Part shown: positions 1 to 10,220 of the stretch, in pieces
Layout: the number at the start of each line of letters is the position of its first letter
How positions within the stretch are numbered: position 1 is the first letter of the stretch
Assembly (NCBI RefSeq): GCF_001194135.2
Contig: NC_068987.1
Location: 6,404,442-6,437,287, forward strand
DNA: 32,846 nt
Direction of reading: 5' to 3'
Origin: Octopus bimaculoides
Lineage: Eukaryota
The notes under the pieces: generated by a model
What the model was told of the DNA's origin: nothing
Seen by the model: only the letters and a program-made list of their open reading frames with translations
Databases searched by the model: none
Position numbers and translations under genes: made by a program

Positions 1-56
<56 letters not shown>

Positions 57-67
57 GATGGATGGAT
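1..67. repeat. (TG)n microsatellite grading into TATG/TGGA units
   Basis: Direct reading; runs off the window start. Confidence 0.97.
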
Positions 68-473
68 GTTTTATTTTAATCCGATCAACCCCTTGCTACT
101 CTCAGTCTCGCCTGTGGGTGCTCTGGGTCACGACTGCGCACCCTGTGTAGCCACAGACGAAACTCGGAGTAGCAAGAGACTGACTCGACCAAAATCAAAT
201 ATTAATCTCTACTCTGATATGGATTTCTCTTTATTTCTCTCCCAACAATCATCATTAAATTAAACGCGCGTGCGTGTGCATAAATATGTAAATACATATG
301 TACATACGAATACATATATATACATGTATATAAAAATATATACACAGGCATATATGTCTGTGAGTGTATGTAAATGTATATGTATTTTAAACAGTTATGT
401 ACGTAAATATATGACGTAAATATGTACGTTTATGTACGTAAATATATATGTGTGTGCATGGATAGAGAAAGAG

Positions 474-478
474 AGAGT

Positions 479-526
<48 letters not shown>
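474..526. repeat. (TAGA)n microsatellite at the 3' end of the Tx1-like LINE
   Basis: About 11 perfect TAGA/GATA units directly adjacent to the LINE 3' end. Confidence 0.95.
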
Positions 527-1372
527 CATTTCTTTTATTAGCCACACAGGGCTCAACGAAGATGGGACAAATACAATGTAGAGCTTTTCTTTTTGGGAGG
601 GGGAAGGAAAAAAAAAAAAAGAAAGGTGGTGTCGATCAAAAGGGATCGTAGGAAGGGAAAAAGGGGGAGTTCGATCAAAAGGGATCGGAAAAAAAAAGAA
701 AAAAAGGCCGATCAATAGGGATCGTGTATCACACAGTAATGTTCTCGTGTAAAAAGAGGGGAGGACAGTTTAGGTTTAGCCGTGGAAAGAAAAGCCTACG
801 GAAAAGACCACGCTAACCTTGGTCAATATTCTCATTGAAGAAACTATAACAGTAAGTGACTCTCTTTTGCCTTTTTGTTTTGNNNNNNNNNNNNNNNNNN
901 NNNNNNNNNNNNNNNNNNNNNNNNNNNNNNNNNNNNNNNNNNNNNNNNNNNNNNNNNNNNNNNNNNNNNNNNNNNNNNNNNNNNNNNNNNNNNNNNNNNN
1001 NNNNNNNNNNNNNNNNNNNNNNNNNNNNNNNNNNNNNNNNNNNGATTGCCCAGAGAGGAAAGTCTTTGTCTCTAGACCTTTCAGACGCGTCCACCATACA
1101 CATTCTTTCGCCATAGCCACAAGTACGATGAAAATAGCTCTTCCTTCCCGTTTAAAGGAAGGAGGCGCGACAATATTCACGATAGACTCGGCTGATAGAC
1201 CGACTCGTCCCACACGCGATAGCAGTTGTTCGACGTAAGCCCACAGCTCGGAAATGGTGGGACACTGTACGAGTGCGTGCAGAACGGTTTCGTCGCTCTG
1301 CCGGCATCTCGGACAGGTCGGCCCCGTGTTTCTCTAGCCATGCCTGTAGAGCTTATCCCGAACGGGTAGTGC
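527..1372 (-). mobile_element. 5'-truncated Tx1/L1-clade non-LTR retrotransposon (ORF2 C-terminus with CCHC zinc knuckle plus 3' UTR)
   Basis: Minus frame from 1372 reads ALPVRDKLYRHG*RNTGPTCPRCRQSDETVLHALVQCPTISELWAYVEQLL...AKECVWWTR, continuing into track ORF 776-1213 (one in-frame stop, gap at 883-1043). CxxC-x8-H-x4-C-P-x4-LW is the L1/Tx1 zf-RVT-type motif. AATAAA on the minus strand at 534-539 precedes a (TCTA)n tail. Confidence 0.85.
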
Positions 1373-1519
1373 TTAGATAGATAGATATGAATATATATGC
1401 AAATGGAGGTTTTTAAGACCTCTTATAGAATTTAGAATAACTCATATTTTTCTGAAAGTGATGAGGAAACAAAGTCGTAGGGGCACACTTGGGTGTGCTA
1501 CGAGGTGATTCTAGGTAGA

Positions 1520-1905
1520 CGATTCTCCCTCAACTGCTTCTCGTTCGCACGGAAGTTTTACCAACAGAGAACTCTGGAGTGGTCATAGGAACGAGAATGG
1601 GCCCCAACTTTGCGAACCTGTTCGTTGGCTGTGTTGAGGCCCGAATATTCTCACAATTCATTGGTCCCATTCCCAAGCTATACGGTCGTTATATCGATGA
1701 CTGTAGCGGCGCGACTTCACTCTCCCACGAGTATCTGGACTCTTTCCTCTCCTTTGTCCAATCATTCCATCCTGCCCTCGAATTCCCCTGCACTATTTCT
1801 AACTCTTCCGTCGAATTTCTTGACATTTCTGTCAGCATACACCGCTCCGCTCCCACCACCTCCATCCACTACAATCATACTGACATACACTTCTACCTTA
1901 ACTTT
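1520..1905 (+). pseudogene. Penelope-like element (PLE) reverse transcriptase fragment, frameshifted
   Basis: Frame from 1502 gives ...LNCFSFARKFYQQ. A frameshift near 1568-1570 then gives NSGVVIGTRMGPNFANLF...YGRYIDD...FHPALEF...SVEFLDISV...TSIHYNHTDIHFYLNF. These match the PLE RT motifs GxxMGxxxGPxxANLF, RYIDD, FLD and the YKxTDxHxYLxF-like thumb. Confidence 0.88.
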
Positions 1906-2103
1906 CGCCCACAAACATACATTATACACACACACATACATACACATGTGCACACAGCACCTGAACAAGCACGCATCAACTACTACACACAACACACGCG
2001 CGCGTGCACGTTAGACTCACTCGACTCCATTCACACATATACACTCACACACGCCATTCTCACAGACACACACACGCTTGCGCCCCTTATGTAAGTATGT
2101 ATG

Positions 2104-2132
<29 letters not shown>

Positions 2133-2134
<2 letters not shown>

Positions 2135-2290
2135 GACGGGCTTCCACACAGATTCCGTCTATTAAATCCACTCACAAGGCATTAATCAAATACGGGTTAT
2201 AGAAGAAGACACTTGGTTCCAAGTGCTGGATGTGCAATTGCACTGAACTCCGCAGTAGACGGTTGCAAAACGAGCCGAGCTTCCTTAATG
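2133..2290 (-). mobile_element. SINE family B fragment (tRNA head with CORE-like centre)
   Basis: Reverse complement of the ...GAGTGGATTT.GTAGACGGAAACTGAAAGAAGCCCGTC segment also seen at 15120-15190 and 5196-5230; diverged. Confidence 0.6.
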
Positions 2291-2442
2291 TTATCTTAAG
2301 CATATTAGGAAGATAACAATGATAATGAAATCGGAAAATAGAGCAACCTTGAAAATGAACTGATTCAAACGAGCTTAAATTACAAATGAAATATTTAATT
2401 GTCTTGCTTATTAAGAAAGAAAAACAAAAGACGCATTTAACT

Positions 2443-2560
2443 ATGCGCAGGGAAGAGTGTGCTAAGAAGCTTGATTCCCAGTCATGCGATCTTGGGTTGC
2501 GTTCTGTTGCGTGAAACCTTGGGCGAGTGTCTTGTTCCCTAGTCATGAAACGACCAAAAT
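2443..2560 (+). mobile_element. SINE family B 5' fragment
   Basis: tRNA-like head, then CCTTGGGCGAGTGTCTT, which resembles the MIR/CORE motif CCTTGGGCAAGT. Confidence 0.6.
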
Positions 2561-2784
2561 CTTGTGCTAGTGTGTGCGTGGTGTTGTGTTGTGAAGTGAT
2601 GTGTTATATATACACATACATATATATATGTATCTATATATATGCATAAGGGCGAGTTTAGCACTCCTCAAAGATCAGATCCTGTTTTGAAAGCTCATTG
2701 GAAGCAGGCCCATTCCTTTAAAGAAATGTCTAAGATAACACTAAGATATCATCAACCGCTAGAGGCAAAGAGGAAGTCTCAACA

Positions 2785-2968
2785 CAGCCGCTCGATCTGC
2801 GAGAAATAACAGTCAAATTTACTTTAAAATACAATTTCTATCCTCTACAAAAAGTCACAATTTGACCTTGAATAATAAAGGTGGGGGCTGCTCGTGACTG
2901 GAATATACATATTTTTTTTATCGTGGGTCTGCTCAATCAGGGCTGACCTGGGGTTAAATAATTACAAC
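2785..2968 (+). mobile_element. SINE/LINE-tail family E (ends GACCTGGGG(C/T)TAAA-(AAC)n-like)
   Basis: Homologous to 20005-20235 (CGCTCGA(T/C)CTGC(G/T)AGAAATA...TAAA-CAAC tail). Confidence 0.55.
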
Positions 2969-2981
2969 TGTAACAATTATA

Positions 2982-3337
2982 CAGTTCTATATTTAAGAGA
3001 TGAGGAATTATTTACATTATTTACATTATCTACATTTGACGGATATTCGTCCTCATCTTGTTTGTTGTTAACACAACGTTTCGGCTGATATACCCTCCAG
3101 CCTGATATATCCCCAAGGTTCCGAGTTCGATTCACGGCAGCGACCTGATTAATAATAATAATAATAATAATATAATAATAATAATAATAGTAACATCGAT
3201 AGGAATGAGAACCCAGGTTCGAAATTTCCCCAAGACACCTGACGAAGGCTGGAGGGTATATCAGCCGAAACGTTGTGTTAACAACAAACAAGATGAGGAC
3301 GAATATCCGTCAAATGTAGATAATGTAAATAATGTAA
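2982..3337. mobile_element. Fold-back copy of the tRNA-headed, hammerhead-bearing element (family H): minus-strand 3' part plus plus-strand head-to-tail part
   Basis: Perfect 92-bp inverted repeat 3012-3103 / 3246-3337. Plus arm has B box GTTCGATTC (3126-3134), (AAT)n, then the HHR. TGTAACAATTATA occurs at 2969-2981 and 3333-3345. Homologous to 23463-23779. Confidence 0.9.
3234..3279 (+). ncRNA. Minimal type I hammerhead ribozyme, intact core
   Basis: GACAC | CTGACGA | A | GGCTG-GAGGGTATAT-CAGCC | GAAA | CG-T-T | GTGTT. Helix I GACAC/GTGTT, helix II 5 bp, palindromic helix III ACGT, predicted cleavage after GUU at 3274. Confidence 0.85.
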
Positions 3338-3454
3338 CAATTATATTTTAGAGTTTAATGATTTTAATCGCTACGAAGTCACGAATTGAATTGATGTCTT
3401 ACGTCCAATCTTATCTCCATCTCACCTTCTCTCTCTCTTTTACTAATTCTCTCT

Positions 3455-3474
3455 TACCTGTTTCACTCACTGTC

Positions 3475-3512
<38 letters not shown>

Positions 3513-4004
3513 ACTCTCTCGATCTCTTAGTCTATCTATCTCTCTATCTCCGTCTCTGTACCACTTTCTCTCTGTCTCTCTCTCAGTCTATGTATCTTTA
3601 TCTTTATCTCTGTCTCACTTTCTCTCTTTCTTTCTTTCTATCTATCTATCTATTTATCTGTCTGTCTGTCTGTCTGTTTCTCTCTCTCTCTCTCTCTCTC
3701 TCACTCTCTCTCTCTCTCTCTTTATTGACTCTCTCTTTCACTCTCTGAAACCGTCTCTCTCTCTCTCTCTCTCCTTCACTCATTTTCTCTCTCTCATCCT
3801 TTCTCTTTCACTCATTCTCTCTTTCTCATTCTCTCTCCCCCTTTGACTCTCAGTGTTTCTGTCTGCGACTCTCTCTCATTTTCTCCCTCTGTCAGTCTAT
3901 CTGTTCGTCTCTCTCTCTCAATTTCTCCCTCTTTCTCTCTCTCAAGCTGTCTATCTGTCCCTCCCTCTCTTTCTCTTTCTCCACTTGTCAGTCTATCTGT
4001 CCCT

Positions 4005-4045
<41 letters not shown>

Positions 4046-4240
4046 GCTCTCCCCTCTCTCACACATTCTCTCCCTCACTCTTCCACTCATACTATATTCC
4101 TCATTCCTTCTCTCTCACTCCCCCTCTATGTGTCCCTGTCTCCGCCTCTCTCTCTCTCTCTCCCTCTCTTTTTCTCTCTGTCTTCCTTCTCTGCTTCTAC
4201 ACTTTGCCTTCATATCACCTTGTTCGTTTCTCTCTTCCTT
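3455..4240. repeat. CT-rich low-complexity tract ((CT)n, (CTAT)n, (CTGT)n)
   Basis: Direct reading; source of the SLSLS-type spurious ORFs. Confidence 0.95.
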
Positions 4241-4659
4241 TTTATCCTTTCCATTCGTTGTGTATGTATATGTATATGTATACCTATGTGTATATATGCG
4301 CATGTGTTGTATATATATATATATATAAGTGCATGTACGTTCGCGTGTATGTGTGTATATGCGTGTATGTGTGTATCTATCTTCGTTTCTCTTTTTCCCT
4401 TTCTTTTTTTCTATTCTCTATATTACAGATACACTCTAATTAATACAGCGCATAATTAATACACGCACACACATACATACACACAACACACATACATACA
4501 CACACTTATTACTATATATGTGTGTGTGTTTGTGTGTGTGTGCATGTGGGTGTATAAATTTGTATATATTTATGTCTACATAAATGTATGCAGTTGTGAT
4601 ATTTATATGTGCACGTATACAGATACAATTGTATAAATATATGTATCCTTATGTATACA

Positions 4660-4663
4660 TGTT

Positions 4664-4748
<85 letters not shown>
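4660..4748. repeat. (TG)n microsatellite abutting a gap
   Basis: Direct reading. Confidence 0.97.
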
Positions 4749-5195
4749 NNNNNNNNNNNNNNNNNNNNNNNNNNNNNNNNNNNNNNNNNNNNNNNNNNNN
4801 NNNNNNNNNNNNNNNNNNNNNNNNNNNNNNNNNNNNNNNNNNNNNNNNNNNNNNNNNNNNNNNNNNNNNNNNNNNNNNNNNNNNNNNNNNNNNNNNNNNN
4901 NNNNNNNNNNNNNNNNNNNNNNNNNNNNNNNNNNNNNNNNNNNNNNNNNNNNNNNNNNNNNNNNNNNNNNNNNNNNNNNNNNNNNNNNNNNNNNNNNNNN
5001 NNNNNNNNNNNNNNNNNNNNNNNNNNNNNNNNNNNNNNNNNNNNNNNNNNNNNNNNNNNNNNNNNNNNNNNNNNNNNNNNNNNNNNNNNNNNNNNNNNNN
5101 NNNNNNNNNNNNNNNNNNNNNNNATGTATTTATGCGAATACAGGAATACGGTGGTGCTTCAGCATGACCGCAGGCGTATATCTGAAACGAATAAA

Positions 5196-5260
5196 AAGAA
5201 AGGTAGACGGAAACTAAAAGAAGCCCTTCGTATATATATATATGTGTGTGTGTGTGTGTA

Positions 5261-5296
<36 letters not shown>

Positions 5297-5510
5297 TGAT
5301 TGTATAACTGTGTTTGTCTCCCAACCATCGCTTGACAACCGATGTTGGTGTGCTTACGTCCATGTAACTTAGCGGTTCGGCAAAAGACCACGACAGAATA
5401 AGTACTAGGCTTACAAAGAATAAGTCTTGGGGATCGATTTGCTCGACTAAAAGCGGTGCTCCAGCATGGCCGCAGTCAAATGACTGAAACAAGTAAAAGA
5501 ATAAAAGAAT
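5196..5510 (+). mobile_element. SINE family B, central and 3' part with internal (TA)(TG) microsatellite
   Basis: GGTAGACGGAAACT...GTAACTTAGCGGTTCGGCAAAAG...GCGGTGCTCCAGCATGGCCGCAGTCAAATGACTGAAACAAGTAAAAGAATAAAAGAAT. Confidence 0.85.
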
Positions 5511-5516
5511 ATATAT

Positions 5517-5645
5517 ATTTGACTGCGGCCATGTGGCGCGCCGCCTTTAGTCGAACAAATCGACCCAGGATTTATTCTTTGTAAGTTTAGTACTTATTCT
5601 ATCAGTCTCTCTTGCCGAACTGCTACGTTACGGGAACAAGCATAG
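5517..5645 (-). mobile_element. SINE family B 3' part, tail-to-tail with the preceding copy
   Basis: TTTGACTGCGGCCATG...CTTTAGTCGAACAAATCGACCCAGGATTTATTCTTTGTAAG is the reverse complement of 5390-5480. Confidence 0.85.
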
Positions 5646-5956
5646 ACACAAACATTTCATATATATACATATATATATGTATATATATATACTCGCATAA
5701 CCATGATTGTAGTATACACCACGCTTTCGCTAATTGCTTCTCAATGTAAACACATAAACACCCAGATACACACACACCTATATACANNNNNNNNNNNNNN
5801 NNNNNNNNNNNNNNNNNNNNNNNNNNNNNNNNNNNNNNNNNNNNNNNNNNNNNNNNNNNNNNNNNNNNNNNNNNNNNNNNNNNNNNNNNNNNNNNNNNNN
5901 NNNNNNNNNNNNNNNNNNNNNNNNNNNNNNNNNNNNNNNNNNNNNNNNNNNNNNNN

Positions 5957-6314
5957 GGGGATCGATTTGCTCGACTAAAAGCGGTGCTCCAGCATGGCCG
6001 CAGTCAAATGACTGAAACAAGTAAAAGAATAAAAGAATATATATATTTGACTGCGGCCATGTGGCGCGCCGCCTTTAGTCGAACAAATCGACCCAGGATT
6101 TATTCTTTGTAAGTTTAGTACTTATTCTATCAGTCTCTCTTGCCGAACTGCTACGTTACGGGAACAAGCATAGACACAAACATTTCATATATATACATAT
6201 ATATATGTATATATATATACTCGCATAACCATGATTGTAGTATACACCACGCTTTCGCTAATTGCTTCTCAATGTAAACACATAAACACCCAGATACACA
6301 CACACCTATATACA
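5957..6314. repeat. Copy of 5429-5786 across a gap (probable assembly overlap)
   Basis: About 358 bp reading identically at offset 528, separated only by the N run 5787-5956. Confidence 0.8.
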
Positions 6315-6979
6315 CACACACTATATTCATCTTATGGCATCGAAATACCAATCTCTGGGTAACAGTTTATAGCATATTTCTGCTCTACCCGTTCATTGAC
6401 CAGCGACCACCATCAGCAGCAGCAAGCATCCATCGCCTTCCCTCCTTCTCTCCTTGTCTTCCTCCTCCAACTCTTCCTCCTTACCATCATCCTTGCCTAT
6501 GTCTCCTCCCCACCCGCCACACCCTCCCCTACTACAACAACGTCTCCCTTGCTATTTCCGGTCGAATTTCGATCCCTTCTTACACATAACCCCCCCCCCC
6601 TCTCTCTCTCTCTCTGTTCTTCGCATCATTTCATTCTTTACCATATATATGTTCTTTCTTCTCCATTTCTCCTTCGCAATTTTCATTCTTTAATTATTAT
6701 TATTATCAATTTTATTCATTGTGTCTCGTCCTTTTATTTCGCGCGCACATTCATGCGTAAACACGCATGCAGATTCATTATCGCTGTTCCCCTCTTTCTC
6801 TCTCTTTCCCTTTCTCTCTCTCTCTCTCGATTATATAATATTCATATATATGTATACATACATACATGCTTACACGCACACACATATATACTTGTGTGTG
6901 TGCGTGTATATGTATATATCATATATCGTGAGTATTTACCAAAAAACAAAAGACGAAGGCGGGTGTGTAAACAACAAAC

Positions 6980-6980
6980 A

Positions 6981-7056
<76 letters not shown>

Positions 7057-7140
7057 GTATGTATATATATATATATATATATACTACATACATATATACA
7101 TATACGTACACACGTATATATTATATGCATACATGTATAC

Positions 7141-7174
<34 letters not shown>

Positions 7175-7252
7175 GTATGTATACTGTATATATATATTTA
7201 TTTATTTATATACATATATACACATACGTACACACGTATATATTATATGCAT

Positions 7253-7320
<68 letters not shown>

Positions 7321-7383
7321 TTACATATATATATATGTATGTATACTGTGTATATATATATATATATATAAATATATATACAT

Positions 7384-7430
<47 letters not shown>

Positions 7431-7490
7431 GAGAGAGACAGAGAGAGACAGAGACAGAGGGAGAGAGAGACAGGCAGACAGACAGACAGA
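6980..7490. repeat. (TA)n/(CA)n/(GA)n compound microsatellite
   Basis: Direct reading. Confidence 0.95.
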
Positions 7491-7954
7491 CATATATTCC
7501 TAATTATCAGGCAATCAGGCATTTCTTTCAAATTCCTCTTCGCCATCATCGATGTTTACTGTATAGCGTTTCTTGTTAAATAGTCATCGGTCTCGGCTTC
7601 ACATGTGATCTCTGAGAGCAACAACCCGACAGCAGCAGCAATCGCAGCAGCTGCAATAATGTTCCTAGCAGCAACAATGCCAACAGCATCAGCAGCAACT
7701 GAAGCAGCAACAATGCTGTCGATGAGAACAATAGCGGCGGCAACGATAATTTTCTTTTTATCTGACATAAAAGACCGTCCTTACAAAGAAAATGGATTTT
7801 TTTTTAGCTAATTACATCAAATGTAACGTATTACTGGTACCTATTTTAACGATTCCCCCATGGAGATTTGAACCTGAAGCGGTCAAGCGTGAAATTTAAT
7901 GTTACCCTGATAAACATTTTGCCTTTCCTTTGTCATTATGTAATAGTCTAATGT

Positions 7955-8185
7955 AAGACAGCAATCTGGAAGAATCGGTAGCGCGCCAGACAAAATGCTC
8001 AGCGGCATTTTCGTCTGTCTTTACGTTCTAAGCTCAAATTCTGCCGGCGTCGATTCGATTTTACCTTTCATCGTCTCGGGATCGATAAAATAAGCACCAC
8101 ACTAGAGTCGGTGAAATCGACAAGCCCCCACCCCCCGCGCTCCCCACGAAATTCCTGACCCTGAGCCAAAATTTCAAATCGTTAT
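7955..8185 (+). mobile_element. SINE family A, diverged copy
   Basis: AAAATGCTCAGCGGCATTTTCGTC...CTCAAATTCTGCC...CCTTTCATCGTCTCGGGATCGATAAAATAAGCACCA matches the family A consensus. Confidence 0.7.
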
Positions 8186-8218
8186 GTAATAATAATAATA
8201 ACAGTTTATTATCTAAGT

Positions 8219-8425
8219 AGAAGGTGGTGAGCTGGCAGAATGGTTAGCACGCCCGGTGAAACGCTTAGCGGTATTTCGCCCACCGCTACGTTCTGAGATC
8301 AAATTCCACCGAAATGAAATTTCCCTTTCATCCTTTCGACTTCGATGAAGTAAGTATCAGTCATGTACTGGGGTCGATCTAATCGACTATCACCCTCCCC
8401 TCCAATTCCAGGCCTCGTAGACAGG
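8219..8425 (+). mobile_element. SINE family A
   Basis: GGTGAGCTGGCAGAATGGTTAGCACG (A-box region), GAGATCAAATTCC (B-box-like), TTTCATCCTTTCG central domain. Confidence 0.85.
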
Positions 8426-8464
8426 ATTATTTAAGCACCAGGTTAGTAGTTTGTTAGTTTTGAT

Positions 8465-8600
8465 GGGTGGCTTTACCATAATTAAATCGTCTCCAGCATT
8501 TGGTGGATATTTTATTTTATCGACCCCGTAAGGAGGAAAAGCAAATTTGACATCAGCACGATTTGAACTCAGAGCGTAAAGATCGTCAGGAAAAATATTG
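8465..8600 (-). mobile_element. SINE family A fragment
   Basis: TTTATCGACCCCGTAAGGAGGAAAAGCAAA...ATTTGAACTCAGAGCGTAAAG is the reverse complement of the family A core. Confidence 0.6.
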
Positions 8601-8657
8601 CATAAATAATCATTGGTTTCAGTTTAGGCTCAAGATCAGCGATTTTAAGGGACATAC

Positions 8658-8926
8658 CAGTGGGGGNNNNNNNNNNGGGGGGGGGGTCTGGAGGCTTCCT
8701 GGCTTTGGGTAAAAGAAAATACAGTTAATCATGATTTTATTGAACATGTTACCCCTCTTAGATCCACACAGTTATTGCAGCGGTCCTTCGGTTTTTCCAA
8801 GACCTGTAAAAGAACTCGGAAGGTTGGGCCTCCAACCAGGTCTTTCGAGACACCCTTAAAGCCAATTTACATTTTTGTTACATGGGACCCACAAAATTTT
8901 ATATGGACCCCAGTTAAGAACCACTG
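8658..8926. mobile_element. hAT (Charlie-like) MITE, one end clear
   Basis: Right end GTTAAGAACCACTG (reverse complement CAGTGGTTCTTAAC) followed by GTTTAGAG, an NTCTAGAN-like target. Left end (CAGTGG at 8658) is interrupted by a gap and has no matching TSD. Confidence 0.6.
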
Positions 8927-9124
8927 GTTTAGAGTGATTCCATGTTTATGCTGTACTTAAGCTCACTCCCTACATCAAATAGATGTTGCTTGAAAGTAAA
9001 GTGATATGTGTTGCGCTCAAGAACACAGCTCACCACCCGCTCCAGGATCTGGTCATCGTGTGTGTAGCACCCGATTTTATTGAAAGCATCGACAGCACAA
9101 TCCTCCACAGTAACTGACCAGTTA

Positions 9125-9250
9125 TAATCCTGTCGGGGTAAAACACACTTGCCCAATCTGTCACACAGGGGTATTGAACCCGAAACTATTGTCTGTGTGT
9201 ATGTATGTGGTTGGGAAGCGACTTACTTAATTGTACAGCCATGCCTGCAC
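9125..9250 (-). mobile_element. SINE family B head, diverged
   Basis: Reverse complement reads GGTGCAGGCATGGCTGT...CCCAACCACAT...CGGGTTCAATACCC...TTGGGCAAGTGTG. Confidence 0.55.
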
Positions 9251-9709
9251 CATTTTCTTTCCATTTTTTTTTATTTTCAAAAAGAGCAAATAAATTTATT
9301 TTGTATACGTAGATTTTTAAAAAATCGACAAAAACCGATAAAATCTCGCTCAGTGAAACGATGCAGTTCTCCTATAACAGCGTCCGAATTATTATTTCAT
9401 ATAACTGCCAGACATTGTACTCAAAAACCTGATGTACCGAACTACATATACTTCGTGTATGTTAGATTGAGTAGATTTCAGTACAAGTTATTGTGTATAA
9501 CGGCAGAAAGAATGGAGAATTGATAAAAAATTTAATAGGTTCCACGCAAAATTTGCATATTGGACATATTCTGTCCATTTTCTTACTGAAAATATCATGG
9601 TGCATTGGTGCTCAATGCTTCTCTAAACAGCATGTGTGCATATATATGTTTACATCTGTATGTGCATGTATACACACACACACACATATACATATATAGA
9701 TATATACAC

Positions 9710-9850
9710 ATATGGTTGTGTGGTTAAGAAGCTAGTCTTACAACCGCGTGGTTTGGGGTTCAGTTCCATTAATCAGCACTTTGGACAAGTGTTTTCTTCC
9801 GTAGTACCGGACGAACCATTGCTTTGTATGGGAATTCGGTAGACCCCAGC
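9710..9850 (+). mobile_element. SINE family B head
   Basis: TGGTTGTGTGGTTAAGAAGCT...GGGTTCAGTTCCA...TTTGGACAAGTGTTTTCT. Confidence 0.7.
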
Positions 9851-10035
9851 ACTTTTTTTTTTGGAAACCTGTCGCTTAATCTAACGCTCTTTTTTGCCGA
9901 ACCGCTAGTTTATGAGGACGTAAGCATATCAGCGCCGGTTGTCAAGCGGTGTTGGGGGACGAAGATAAACACAAACACACATACACATACACACACGACA
10001 GGCTTCTTTTAGTTTCCGGCTACTAAATCCATTCA
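9848..10035 (-). mobile_element. SINE family B central part
   Basis: TTTGCCGAACCGCTAGTTTATGAGGACGTAAGCATATCAGCGCCGGTTGTCAAGCG...GGCTTCTTTTAGTTTCCG. Confidence 0.75.
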
Positions 10036-10039
10036 CTGC

Positions 10040-10220
10040 TTGACAGTCGGTGTTGGCGTGTTAACGTGTGCGTAACGTAGCACTTCGACAAAAGATACCG
10101 ATAGAATAAGTATCAGACTTTGAAAGAACAATTAAGTACTGGGGTCGATTCGCTCGACTAAAATTCTTCAAGGCAGTGCCCCAGCATGGCCGCAATCTAA
10201 TGACCGAAACAAAGATAGCA
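10040..10220 (+). mobile_element. SINE family B 3' part
   Basis: CAAAAGATACCGATAGAATAAGTA...GGGGTCGATTCGCTCGACTAAAA...CCAGCATGGCCGCA. Confidence 0.75.

Noticed and set aside
5429-6314. Apparent 358-bp tandem segmental duplication
   Set aside because: The copies read identically and are separated only by an N gap; most likely unmerged contig overlap or haplotype duplication.
7600-7750. Poly-Gln/Ala coding exon
   Set aside because: Degenerate (GCA/ACA)n low-complexity tract with no convincing splice context or homology.
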